64,000 nt of DNA from an uncultured Actinomycetota bacterium (GTDB lineage Bacteria > Actinomycetota > Actinomycetes > JAHEKZ01), in assembly GCA_963829525.1 (NCBI GenBank), contig CAWHIJ010000003.1, forward strand, positions 960,001-1,024,000, read 5' to 3'. Both the position numbers and the translations under genes were made by a program. This document shows positions 19,084 through 28,080 of this stretch, in pieces; position 1 is the stretch's first letter; every line of letters begins with the position of its first letter. The notes under the pieces were generated by a model that saw only the letters and a list, made by a program, of their open reading frames with translations, ran no database searches and was not told the origin of the DNA.

Positions 19084-19128
19084 ATGGCAACCCGAAGAAT
19101 CGTTTCAGTCAGGGGCAAAGCAGCATGA
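19084..19128 (+). CDS. 14-aa upstream ORF (MATRRIVSVRGKAA) coupled to tyrosinase
   Basis: AGGAGG at 19071-19076, 7 nt before the ATG; its stop overlaps the tyrosinase ATG (ATGA). Confidence 0.45.
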   Translation: MATRRIVSVRGKAA

Positions 19129-19817
19129 CGACGGTACGCAAGAACCAAGCAAAACTGACGCCGAATGAGCGACAACGGTTCGTGCGCGCGGTCAACAAGC
19201 TGCACGGCACCTCAGCGGATGCGCCGGCGTACCGGGCGTTCGTGGCGGTGCACGCCCATGCGATGTCAATGGCAGGAATGGATTGGCACGTCCACACGAT
19301 GGGAGTAGGGATGCCGGGCACGAACTTTCTGGCCTGGCACCGGCACTTCCTCCTGCGCTTCGAGCAGCGTCTGCAGCAAGTAGACCCGGCAGTGAGCATC
19401 CCGTACTGGGACTGGATCGCCGACCCGACCATCCCAAGGTTCCTGGACGACCCGGACCTGCTGGCCAGTTGGAATGTGGAGCGGAGTTTCAACCGCCACG
19501 AGATGCCCAGCGAAGCTGAGCTGAACCTGGCCATGGGGATCGGTCGCTTCGCTCGGTTCCAGCGCAAACTAGAACTTGGCCCACACAACGACGTGCACAT
19601 CTCGGTGGGCGGCACGATGGCCACCGCAGCGTCGCCGGCTGATCCGTTGTTCTGGCTGCACCATGCCAATCTCGACCGGCTCTGGACCGAGTGGCAGGAG
19701 TCGCATCCCAAGGCAAGACCCGCCAAGCCGCGGACGATCCTGCAACCGTCGAAGCTGTTCAACGTCACGGTGGCCAGCCAGCTCGACATCACCGCGCTCG
19801 ACTACCAGTACCGCTGA
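19125..19817 (+). CDS. Tyrosinase (type-3 copper protein)
   Basis: CuA His residues (VAVH, HVH, FLAWHR), IPYWDW, and CuB PHNDVH...DPLFWLHHANLDRLW. Confidence 0.92.
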   Translation: MTTVRKNQAKLTPNERQRFVRAVNKLHGTSADAPAYRAFVAVHAHAMSMAGMDWHVHTMGVGMPGTNFLAWHRHFLLRFEQRLQQVDPAVSIPYWDWIADPTIPRFLDDPDLLASWNVERSFNRHEMPSEAELNLAMGIGRFARFQRKLELGPHNDVHISVGGTMATAASPADPLFWLHHANLDRLWTEWQESHPKARPAKPRTILQPSKLFNVTVASQLDITALDYQYR

Positions 19818-19835
19818 GTGCGCGTTCCGCTGCAT

Positions 19836-20435
19836 TCAGTAGGACGGCCGGTCGCTGTTGAAGAACCAGAGTGAGGAGGTCAGCCAGATCGTCACCAGGA
19901 CGGTGAAGAGGACTCCTCCGAGAACCGGAAGTGCCCAGGCGGGTAACCGGCTGCTTCTGACTGCCAGCATCTTGGTGACAAAGATCCCGTAGAACGCGCA
20001 ACCCATGACCGAGTGAACCAGCACCCTGGTGCTGTACGTGCCGAAGCCCAGCGACCACAGGCAGTGGAACGCCACCGGCAGGGTCAACGCGACGGCGACG
20101 ACCCCTGAGATCCGATGTGTCAGCGCCGCGGCCGACCTACTGGGCCCCGCACCTATGCGTCCGTAGATCCGCAGGGCTGTACCGACTTGAACGAACGCGA
20201 AGACCACGGCAGCTGTGGCAAGCCAGACCTTTATGTCCAGCAAAGTCGGGAACCCCAGCGTCGTGATCGGGCGTCCGGTCGGAACATGGTTGCGTGAGTA
20301 GGACCCGATCGCTACTGAAACGGCGGCGCCGATCAGCACGAAACCGACGAAGAGTCCGGTGCCCGCGCCGCTGGAGCGATCCGAACTCGGTGAGTTCGAC
20401 AACTGCGAATCGTGGTTCAGGTCACCACCCCGCAC
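19836..20435 (-). CDS. DUF6529-like multi-TM membrane protein (His-containing)
   Basis: Motifs KVWLAT, THRISG, VAFHCL and VHSVMGCAFYGIFVTKM. Start uncertain. Confidence 0.75.
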   Translation of the reverse strand: MRGGDLNHDSQLSNSPSSDRSSGAGTGLFVGFVLIGAAVSVAIGSYSRNHVPTGRPITTLGFPTLLDIKVWLATAAVVFAFVQVGTALRIYGRIGAGPSRSAAALTHRISGVVAVALTLPVAFHCLWSLGFGTYSTRVLVHSVMGCAFYGIFVTKMLAVRSSRLPAWALPVLGGVLFTVLVTIWLTSSLWFFNSDRPSY

Positions 20436-20632
20436 TAATCATCTATCGTCTTGGACCTCGGTCAACCCCCCGTGGTGCCAGAACCCGACGACTGTCGGGT
20501 GCGCTAGTCGGTGACGTCTTTGGTGGTGAAGTGTGCCCAGGCGGCACACTTGGAAGATTGGGCACCACGGTGACGAGCTTTGTGTCCTGGCCACCATCGT
20601 TGGTCTTGTGATCTACGAGACACGCACGGGAT

Positions 20633-20665
20633 TGGGGCGGGCGAAATCCCACTCCGCTCGCCCCA
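20633..20665. terminator. GC-rich hairpin downstream of FMN-binding gene
   Basis: TGGGGCGGGCG-N11-CGCTCGCCCCA. Confidence 0.5.
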
Positions 20666-20685
20666 TCCGAACCCGCCAGGGGTCG

Positions 20686-21162
20686 TTAGGCCTTGTTCAG
20701 GGCGGATTGAACAGACTGGGCGTACGCGTTTGAGGTAAAGGTCGCTCCCGAGGCAGCCGCGACGCTCGTCGACTGGGCGGCAATGATCTTGGACTTCATG
20801 TCGGGAATGGCCCGGTCGGTGTAGGGCTGGAAGCTGCCACCCGGGGCGATGAGCGTGGTGATGTCGGTGATGGTCGTTCCGTTCAACGTGACCTTCACCT
20901 GGACGGTGCCGTACTGGAAGCTGACGGCGTCACCAGTGATGACTTGCTGCGTGTTGGCAGTGGGGGTAGTGGCTTGATTGGGTTTAGTGGTTTTGCCGTG
21001 CGACTTCTTCGTCGGTGAGGGAGAGGCCTGAGGTGCGCCGATGTTCTCCGCGGAGGTTGGGTCGCTGTCCCCTCCTCCAGGCAGCAGATAGAGCAGAACG
21101 CCACCGGCTACCGCAAGCACAACAGCTGGGGCAACTCTTCGGGCGAAGCCGGGCTCACTCAT
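20686..21162 (-). CDS. Extracytoplasmic FMN-binding domain protein
   Basis: N-terminal TM, YGTVQVKV, and flavinylation motif ASGATFTS. Confidence 0.9.
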   Translation of the reverse strand: MSEPGFARRVAPAVVLAVAGGVLLYLLPGGGDSDPTSAENIGAPQASPSPTKKSHGKTTKPNQATTPTANTQQVITGDAVSFQYGTVQVKVTLNGTTITDITTLIAPGGSFQPYTDRAIPDMKSKIIAAQSTSVAAASGATFTSNAYAQSVQSALNKA

Positions 21163-21168
21163 TTCTGG

Positions 21169-22578
21169 TCACCACCAAATCCGTTCGAAGTGAATGTCAT
21201 CCTCATCCACGCCGCAGGAGCGCAGGCAGTGGAAGGCAGCTCTGATCATCGGCTGAGAGCCGCACACGACCGCGACCCGCTGGGCAACGTCGGGCACCAG
21301 CCTTCGCATCACGTCAGGGTCGAAGGGGTTGCCGTCCTTTAGCTCGCTCGTACGTCCGACCACTGGGATGATCCGGCCATTCCTTGTTTCAGCCAAACTG
21401 ACGAGCTCGTCGTAGTGAACGATCTCCTCGGCCCGGCGAGCCCGGTAAATGACGACAGGCTGGGCATCGGGTTCGAAGTCCTCCAACAGGGACCGAACGG
21501 GACCAATCCCGACTCCACCGGCGATCAAGAGCAACTTGTCGCCGCGCAGCTCCTCGTAGATCTTTGTTCCATACGGACCTTCCACGGCCACCTTGGTTCC
21601 GACCGGGAGTCGGGTCATCAGATCGCTTGCTCCGCCGAGCGCCTTGACCGTGAAACGAATGCGGTCGACGCGCGGCGCTGCCGAGATTGAGTACGGGTGC
21701 GGCTGCCAGACCAACGCGGGGGTCAGCGGACGCAGAAGAGCGAACTGCCCGGCCGCTGCTCTGAGGTCGGATACATTACGCCCGCCGAGCTCGATGGCAG
21801 CCGCAACATCGTTCAGTGGCGTCACGGACAGAACGGTCAACGGACGCGCGATCGACCTGATCACCTTGCCCCATCGGCTGAAGACCACGATCAGCAGCAC
21901 GATCACGCTGACGGCGATCCAGAAGGCCCGCGCCAGGGGGTCGAAGGCAAGGTCTGACCCCAGGTAGATCTCATGGGCGAACGCAAGCCCCAACGACGCA
22001 TAGATCAACAGGTGGATGAAGTACCACGTCTCGTACGCGAGGTGGCGTCGGATGAACCCGAGGGAAAGCACCGTGATGAGCAGCATGCCAAGGGCGCCAA
22101 CGGTCGCCATCGCCATGTACTGCTCTTCGCCGGTCAACTCGACGACGGCGTCACGCAGGCTGGAGAGGCTCGTGTAGGCGACCAAGGTCGTCACGATGTG
22201 CGCTACGAGGAGCAGCGCTGCCGTCTCGCCCATCCACCGATGCCAGAGCAGTGAACGGTCGAGGCCGATCGCTCGCTCGAAACGGTGCGTTCGAGCCGCG
22301 AATGTGATTCCTATCAGGGCCACCGATGTCGCTAGGAGGCCGGTGAGCGCTCCGATCGACTCCCAGGTCTCGGCCCACACCCCACCCGTTACCGCTGCCC
22401 AACCGCCGTGCCGCACCCATATCCCGATCGTGACGACGATCAGGGCAACTGCCACCGTGACGGCGTCACTGAGGGCGGGTCCGGGATGCCGGGGACGCTG
22501 AGCACGGTGTGGATGGGCGATGCCGGGGGAGAGCACCTTGGGTGCTGTCGGTGCCTTGTTCCGATGAGTCTTAGACAT
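21169..22578 (-). CDS. Ferric-reductase-like TM cytochrome fused to FAD/NAD(P)-binding domain
   Basis: Heme His motifs WHRWMG, AHIV, FIHLLIY and FAHE; then HPYSIS, EGPYG, LIAGGVGIGP, VCGS and HFE. Confidence 0.92.
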   Translation of the reverse strand: MSKTHRNKAPTAPKVLSPGIAHPHRAQRPRHPGPALSDAVTVAVALIVVTIGIWVRHGGWAAVTGGVWAETWESIGALTGLLATSVALIGITFAARTHRFERAIGLDRSLLWHRWMGETAALLLVAHIVTTLVAYTSLSSLRDAVVELTGEEQYMAMATVGALGMLLITVLSLGFIRRHLAYETWYFIHLLIYASLGLAFAHEIYLGSDLAFDPLARAFWIAVSVIVLLIVVFSRWGKVIRSIARPLTVLSVTPLNDVAAAIELGGRNVSDLRAAAGQFALLRPLTPALVWQPHPYSISAAPRVDRIRFTVKALGGASDLMTRLPVGTKVAVEGPYGTKIYEELRGDKLLLIAGGVGIGPVRSLLEDFEPDAQPVVIYRARRAEEIVHYDELVSLAETRNGRIIPVVGRTSELKDGNPFDPDVMRRLVPDVAQRVAVVCGSQPMIRAAFHCLRSCGVDEDDIHFERIWW

Positions 22579-22597
22579 GGTGGAGACTCCCGTACAC

Positions 22598-23464
22598 ATG
22601 ACCGATTCCGCTGGCGGACCGCTTGGAGAGTCGATGGGAACTTCGCGTAGCGACAGCGAGGTGCTGGACGGCTGGGATCATGGCATTTCCGGTTCGGTTG
22701 TGCGTGAGGACCGCGTGGTCCACGTCGAGCACATCTGGGGAACGGCCATCACCATCAACCTATCGGGAACCAAGGGATCGGAGGACCACGCACTCTCCGC
22801 AATTGACCGGGCCCGGGAGTTCTTCGTCACAGTTGACCAGACCTTTTCCACCTACAAGCCCCACACTGAGGTGGCGCTCTACCGAGCCGGTCTGGAGCGC
22901 CCGGGGCAGCAGTCGGACGACTTCGAAGAGGTTAAGCGTTCCTGCCGCCAGTTGTGCGACTTCACTGGTGGCGCCTTCGACCCATGGTCCGTCCCGGGTG
23001 GTTACGACCCGTCGGGATACGTCAAAGGCTGGGCCGTAGGACGTGCCAGCGAGCGCCTGGCCGCCGCGGGGTTCCCCGATCACCTGGTCAATGCGGGGGG
23101 TGACATCTGTGCGAGGGGAGACGAACTACCCCGATCAGGACAGGGATGGCCAACAGGGATTCTCAATCCTCATGCCCCCACGGAGGTCATCGAGGTGGTC
23201 GACTTGCGCAACGAGTCGATGGCCACGTCCGGTCGCTATGAACGTGGCGACCATGTCATCGACCCGTCGACCGGCCGACCGGCCATCGATGTCGACAGTG
23301 CAACTGTGGTCGGTCCTGACCCCGGCGCCGCCGATGCGTTGGCGTCAGCTGCGCTGGTGCGAGGAACCGACAGTGTCGCCTGGTTCGACCTGTTGGGTCC
23401 GGACTGGTCTCTGTACCTGGTGATAGGTGAGACGGCACGCTCGTTCGGGCGCGCCTTCGAGTAG
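22598..23464 (+). CDS. apbE: FAD:protein FMN transferase ApbE
   Basis: Motifs FSTYK, GAFDP, DPSGYVKGWAV, NAGGDI, MATSG, HVIDP and ADALAS. Start uncertain. Confidence 0.92.
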   Translation: MTDSAGGPLGESMGTSRSDSEVLDGWDHGISGSVVREDRVVHVEHIWGTAITINLSGTKGSEDHALSAIDRAREFFVTVDQTFSTYKPHTEVALYRAGLERPGQQSDDFEEVKRSCRQLCDFTGGAFDPWSVPGGYDPSGYVKGWAVGRASERLAAAGFPDHLVNAGGDICARGDELPRSGQGWPTGILNPHAPTEVIEVVDLRNESMATSGRYERGDHVIDPSTGRPAIDVDSATVVGPDPGAADALASAALVRGTDSVAWFDLLGPDWSLYLVIGETARSFGRAFE

Positions 23465-23473
23465 GCACACCGC

Positions 23474-24226
23474 TTACCTGTCTCTCAGCTGCCGACGTTT
23501 CGCTGGGTCCTGACCGTAGAAGTGACGGAAGACGTCGTACAGATCCGGCCGGTCTTCGGCAAGCTCTGCCCCACGCGTGAAGAAGATCTCAGTGGTGACA
23601 GCGAAAAACTCACTTGGGTTGGTGCCGGCGTACTCGGACAGTAATGCGCTCCCATGGCCCAGACGCAGAGATCGGTACTCGGCGTCGCAGACCTCGATCC
23701 ATCGCCGTCGCTCAGCTCGATCGGACAGTCGCGGGGTGCCGTCGAGCGTCCCGTCCTCGGCGTCCAGCTTGTGTGCGAACTCGTGGAAGACAACGTTGTA
23801 TCCCTGATCGGGGTGTGTCGCCTGCTGCAGGGCGTCATCCCACGCAATGAAGACCGGTCCATGTGCCGTGGTGTGACCGAGCACGGGGAGCGCATGAGCA
23901 TCGACCGTGCCGGGAATTGCGCCGGAGCGAGGCCCCCGAATCGTGATTGTTGCTGGATGGACGACTATGGCGGTGACGTTCTTGAAGACTGGATCCGGCA
24001 GGCCCACGGCGAGCAGCGCTGCATGCCCCGCGACCGTCCCACGGATGTTGTCGTCCAACGAGAACCCCCGAGAAGCTTCCCAGTTGACGCGCTTGACCAA
24101 TCTTTCGGCAACCTCTCGTAGGCGAAGCTGCTCACTCGGTGTGAGCAGTTCCCATTCGGGCAATGTCGCCGAGATCACCGCAGTGAGCCATGTCGAAGCA
24201 TGGCGGTCACGGCGACCACCGGTCAC
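23474..24226 (-). CDS. MtfA-like zinc peptidase (M90)
   Basis: NVVFHEFAHKLD and YAGTNPSEFFAVTTE. Confidence 0.9.
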   Translation of the reverse strand: MTGGRRDRHASTWLTAVISATLPEWELLTPSEQLRLREVAERLVKRVNWEASRGFSLDDNIRGTVAGHAALLAVGLPDPVFKNVTAIVVHPATITIRGPRSGAIPGTVDAHALPVLGHTTAHGPVFIAWDDALQQATHPDQGYNVVFHEFAHKLDAEDGTLDGTPRLSDRAERRRWIEVCDAEYRSLRLGHGSALLSEYAGTNPSEFFAVTTEIFFTRGAELAEDRPDLYDVFRHFYGQDPAKRRQLRDR

Positions 24227-24269
24227 CTCACGTCCTCGAGTTCCGATTCCGTCGGTCCATTCGCCATAC

Positions 24270-25301
24270 TCACCAAGTCAATCGTTCGACTTCTGCCGAG
24301 CACGGGTGGCCAGGAGCCAGCCACAGCGACCGAGTTTCGGGCTCGCAGACCATGGCAAACAAGATGGTGGCGCCTTCGTCACCCTGGGCAGGTTCAGGAT
24401 GCACGCAGATGTCTTGACCTTCGGCCGCATGGTCGGAGAGCAATCCGATCATGCCGTCGACAGTGGGGGCTGTGACCCCTGCGAGTGCGCGGGCGCGGGC
24501 GAGTCTCGATCGGCTTCCCTCCGACGGGTCGCAGGACGCGGCCGCCACTGTCGCGTCGATTGCGTGGTTCGTGTGTTCGGTGACCGAGAGGTAGGCGGCA
24601 GTGGTGGCTGTCGTCTCGATCGCGCACGTTTGGCCACCCGGGAAGGCACACAGGTAGGAGTAGCCCCCGGCGCGACCTTCTGGGGTTGCACGAGCGAAGG
24701 CGTCCTTAAGGTCGCGGGAGTCCAGCACGTTCCTGGCCACGAGCGCTCGGGGTATCCCGACCCGTTCATCGGTCGCTGTCAGTGACATGGTCCCGAACGC
24801 GCCACCCAGCTCGTTCAGTCCGACCAGCGGCAGAGTCCCCGCGACGATCGGCGCAAGAACCGCTGGTCCATCGTTCGGTACATCCAGAACGACACCAACG
24901 GCGCCGTCATCACCGGCATACCACTGCTCGTTGTGCCCGAGAAGGGTGTTTTTGGTCGACCGAAGAACGACGTCGGTGCATCGCTCAAGTGGGGTGACGG
25001 ATGGCGTGCCGAGCTCGACAATCCCGTACACCTCTTCGAAGGCGTTTGCGAAGAAGAGGTCGAGGAAAGGCTGCTCGGCCCCGTCGGCCATTCCGCGCAC
25101 CTGTGCGAGCAGGTGCGGTACGGCGTCGCCCGAGGCGTCCAGGTAAGGAGCGAGGATGTCCTTGAGGTCACCGCGACCGATCTTGTGCGATTCGAGGTAA
25201 CGACTGTTGAAGGCAACCGATCGAGCGGTGGCCTCAGCAAAGGCCTCACCAATCAGGGCCCCTCGCTCGTAGGGGGTTCCCGAAACTCGAACCGGCTGCA
25301 C
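24270..25301 (-). CDS. C45-family autoproteolytic acyltransferase/hydrolase (Ntn)
   Basis: GTPYERG, the Cys nucleophile site ERCT, GHNEQW and HTNH; GTG start 6 nt after TAGGGT. Confidence 0.85.
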   Translation of the reverse strand: MQPVRVSGTPYERGALIGEAFAEATARSVAFNSRYLESHKIGRGDLKDILAPYLDASGDAVPHLLAQVRGMADGAEQPFLDLFFANAFEEVYGIVELGTPSVTPLERCTDVVLRSTKNTLLGHNEQWYAGDDGAVGVVLDVPNDGPAVLAPIVAGTLPLVGLNELGGAFGTMSLTATDERVGIPRALVARNVLDSRDLKDAFARATPEGRAGGYSYLCAFPGGQTCAIETTATTAAYLSVTEHTNHAIDATVAAASCDPSEGSRSRLARARALAGVTAPTVDGMIGLLSDHAAEGQDICVHPEPAQGDEGATILFAMVCEPETRSLWLAPGHPCSAEVERLTW

Positions 25302-25392
25302 GAGGTCACCCTAGGTGAGGGACGTACGCTCGCGGCGCCTTTGGGGGGTTGACGGCGTACTCTGGGCAGACGGTGAGCAATGAGGAGGCGTG

Positions 25393-25569
25393 ATGTTCGA
25401 GTACCTGATCGGCGGTCTGGTCATCGCCTTTCTTGTGGTTCTGGTTCTCGGGGCTGTCACCGGTCGTGTCAAATCGCGAAGCTGCTGCAGCATCGCTGAC
25501 CCTCGACAGGATCTCCGTATGCGCGCCGCCTTTGAGGGTGAGTCTGCGCCACCGGGCGCTACATCCTGA
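25393..25569 (+). CDS. 58-aa single-TM protein with Cys-Cys motif
   Basis: GAGGAGG RBS; reads MFEYLIGGLVIAFLVVLVLGAVTGRVKSRSCCSIADPRQDLRMRAAFEGESAPPGATS. Below the ORF-track cutoff. Confidence 0.7.
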   Translation: MFEYLIGGLVIAFLVVLVLGAVTGRVKSRSCCSIADPRQDLRMRAAFEGESAPPGATS

Positions 25570-28015
25570 TGCGCAGTCCTTGGGGATCGTACGGCGCTCG
25601 TCGATGTAACGACGCGGTGCAGACGGCGCCTCCGATGTTGACCTCGTACGTCTCAGAGTCCAGGTAGTCAGTGGTCACGGCGCCTCCATCGCTCCGCCAG
25701 ATGTAGGCGAGCGCAACGCACGCACCGACGGTCTCTCCCCATGCGGCGGAGGTCACTTGTCCGACCGCCTCTCCGTTGCGAAGTACAAGTTCTCCACCCC
25801 ACATCATGACGTTGGGATCGTCTAGGACGATCGAGACCAGCTTCCGTCGTGGACCGGCGCGAGAAGCCTCCTCAAGCGCGGCTCTGCCGATGAATTCGAT
25901 GTCGGTGCGCAGCTTGCAGGCGAAGGTGAGACCTGCGTCGAGTGGTGTGTAGTCCGGCGTCAGGTCTGTGCCGAAGGCGCGGTATCCCTTCTCCAGCCGG
26001 AGGGAGTTGATCGAGTAGTAGCCGGCAGGAACCAGGCCGAAGCCCGTCCCGGCGCTCATAAGCATCTCGTAGACGTCCACCGCGAACTCCACGGGAACGT
26101 AGAGCTCCCATCCGAGCTCGCCGACGTACGTGATGCGGGTGGCACGGACTGTCGCCTGGCCGAGGTCCACCTCGCGGCTGGACGCGAACGGGAAGCCCCC
26201 GTCAGAGAAGTCAGATCGGGAAAGGGTCTGCAGCAGGTCGCGGGACCGCGGGCCCATTACCGCTAAGACGGCGTAGAGCGCGGAGACATCAACGGTGCTT
26301 ACTTGCTCTTCGGGGTCGGCATGACGCCGGAGCCAGTCGATGTCGCGGACAATGGATGCAGCCCCCGTAACGAGCAGGTACTCATCTTGTGCAATGCGGG
26401 TGACGGTGACGTCAGCCTCGTATCCGGCACGGTGGTTAAGCATCCCCGTGTACACCGCTCGTCCCACCGGAGTTGCCACGTCCGCCGTGCAGACGCGTTG
26501 CAGCAGCGATTCGGCGTCGCGTCCTTGGACCAGAACCTTGCCGAAGGAGGACTGGTCGAAGAGGGCCACGGCCTGGCGCGCCGCGCGCTGCTCCACGGCT
26601 GACCACTCGATCCAAGTTGGCTTGCCCCAGGTGTAGTCCAATGCGGGATTCGTATCCGCTGGCGCGAACACATTGGCCCGCTCCCACCCCATCTTTGAAC
26701 CGAAGACTGCACCTTGTGCTTCCAACAAGTGGTGAACCGATGATCGGCGAAAGGGTCGTGCCGTCGCGAGTTCGCGGTTGGGCCACGGGATCGCATAGTG
26801 CAGTCCCAGTACTTCGGCGACGCGGCCATGCAGCCACTGTCGATTCCCGTTGAAGGACGCGAAACGCCGGATGTCGACTGCTGTGAGGTCCGAGGTTGGC
26901 TCGCCGTTCACGATCCACTCGGCGAGAGCTCGACCCGCTCCGCCCGCCGATGCGATGCCGACCGAGTTGAACCCCGCGCCGACGAAGAAGTTTCTGAGCT
27001 CGGGAGCCTCGCCCAGAATGAACTGGTTGTCAGGGGTGAAGCTCTCCGGTCCGTTGTAGAACTTCTTGATTCCGGTCTCGCGCAACGCGGGGATCCGCAG
27101 CAGGGCATTCTCCATCAGAATCTCGAAGTGCTCCCAGTCCTCCTCGAGTAGCTGGAACTCAAAGGGGTAGGGGATCTGGTCTGGTGAAACCCACGGCTTT
27201 GCCTCTGGCTCGAAGCCACCCACGACCAAGCCGCCTACTTCTTCCTTCATGTAGGTGTAGCCATCGGGGTCTCGGAGGATCGGCAGGTCACGGTGCACTC
27301 CCTCGATCTGTTCGGTGACGACGTAGAAGTGCTCAGCGGAATGAAGGGGAACAGTGACGCCCGCCTGGGCCGCGATCGCGTTCGCCCACTGACCGCCGCA
27401 GTTGACGACGACCTCAGCCTCGATGTCGCCGCGGTCCGTCTGAACACCAGAGACCGATCCCTTGTCTGACAGGACTCCGAGCATTCGAACCCCCTCGGCG
27501 ATCGTGACACCGCGGTTTCGTGCGCCCTTTGCCAGCGACTGGGTGACATCGGTCGGGTTGGCTGTGCAGTCACCGGGAAGCCAGATCGCGCCCAGCAGAT
27601 CGTCTGTGGCCAGAATGGGATAGAGCTCTTTGGCGCGACCTGGCGTGATGAGCTCACACTCGAGGTCGTATGCCTCGGCCGCCGCCGCGGTGCGTTGCAG
27701 CTGCACCATACGGTCTGGTGTGCGGGCGACTGTGACGCCTCCACACCGCTTCAGGCCGGTGCCGAGGCCGGTCTCCTGCTCAAGGCGCTCATAGAGCGAG
27801 GCGGAGTACTGCACCAAGCGTGTGCCGCTCTCGGTCGCGCGTAACTGACCAACGAGGCCTGCGGCATGCCAGGTAGTACCGCCAGAGAGGCGTCCCTGCT
27901 CAATGAGGACAACGTCGGTGCAGCCGAGCTCGGCCAAGTGGTATGCGACGCTCGTGCCGACGATCCCTCCGCCGATGATGACAACCTGGACTCGAGCGGG
28001 CAGATCTTGGGTCAT
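25559..28015 (-). CDS. FAD-dependent oxidoreductase with GcvT (THF-binding) domain, sarcosine/dimethylglycine dehydrogenase family
   Basis: Motifs IGGGIVG, GTTWHAAG (covalent FAD His), NGPESFTPD, RITYVGELGWE and LRLEKGY. Confidence 0.93.
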   Translation of the reverse strand: MTQDLPARVQVVIIGGGIVGTSVAYHLAELGCTDVVLIEQGRLSGGTTWHAAGLVGQLRATESGTRLVQYSASLYERLEQETGLGTGLKRCGGVTVARTPDRMVQLQRTAAAAEAYDLECELITPGRAKELYPILATDDLLGAIWLPGDCTANPTDVTQSLAKGARNRGVTIAEGVRMLGVLSDKGSVSGVQTDRGDIEAEVVVNCGGQWANAIAAQAGVTVPLHSAEHFYVVTEQIEGVHRDLPILRDPDGYTYMKEEVGGLVVGGFEPEAKPWVSPDQIPYPFEFQLLEEDWEHFEILMENALLRIPALRETGIKKFYNGPESFTPDNQFILGEAPELRNFFVGAGFNSVGIASAGGAGRALAEWIVNGEPTSDLTAVDIRRFASFNGNRQWLHGRVAEVLGLHYAIPWPNRELATARPFRRSSVHHLLEAQGAVFGSKMGWERANVFAPADTNPALDYTWGKPTWIEWSAVEQRAARQAVALFDQSSFGKVLVQGRDAESLLQRVCTADVATPVGRAVYTGMLNHRAGYEADVTVTRIAQDEYLLVTGAASIVRDIDWLRRHADPEEQVSTVDVSALYAVLAVMGPRSRDLLQTLSRSDFSDGGFPFASSREVDLGQATVRATRITYVGELGWELYVPVEFAVDVYEMLMSAGTGFGLVPAGYYSINSLRLEKGYRAFGTDLTPDYTPLDAGLTFACKLRTDIEFIGRAALEEASRAGPRRKLVSIVLDDPNVMMWGGELVLRNGEAVGQVTSAAWGETVGACVALAYIWRSDGGAVTTDYLDSETYEVNIGGAVCTASLHRRAPYDPQGLRIRM

Positions 28016-28063
28016 CAAGGGCCCCCGTCGACGGAGTTATGGCGAGGAGCGTAGCCGCGAAAA

Positions 28064-28072
28064 GGTCTAGAC
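28064..28072. promoter_or_regulatory. GntR/HutC-type operator-like site upstream of GcvT-family gene
   Basis: GGTCTAGAC; a related core recurs at 33202, 33233 and 28902. Confidence 0.55.
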
Positions 28073-28080
28073 GGAACAGG

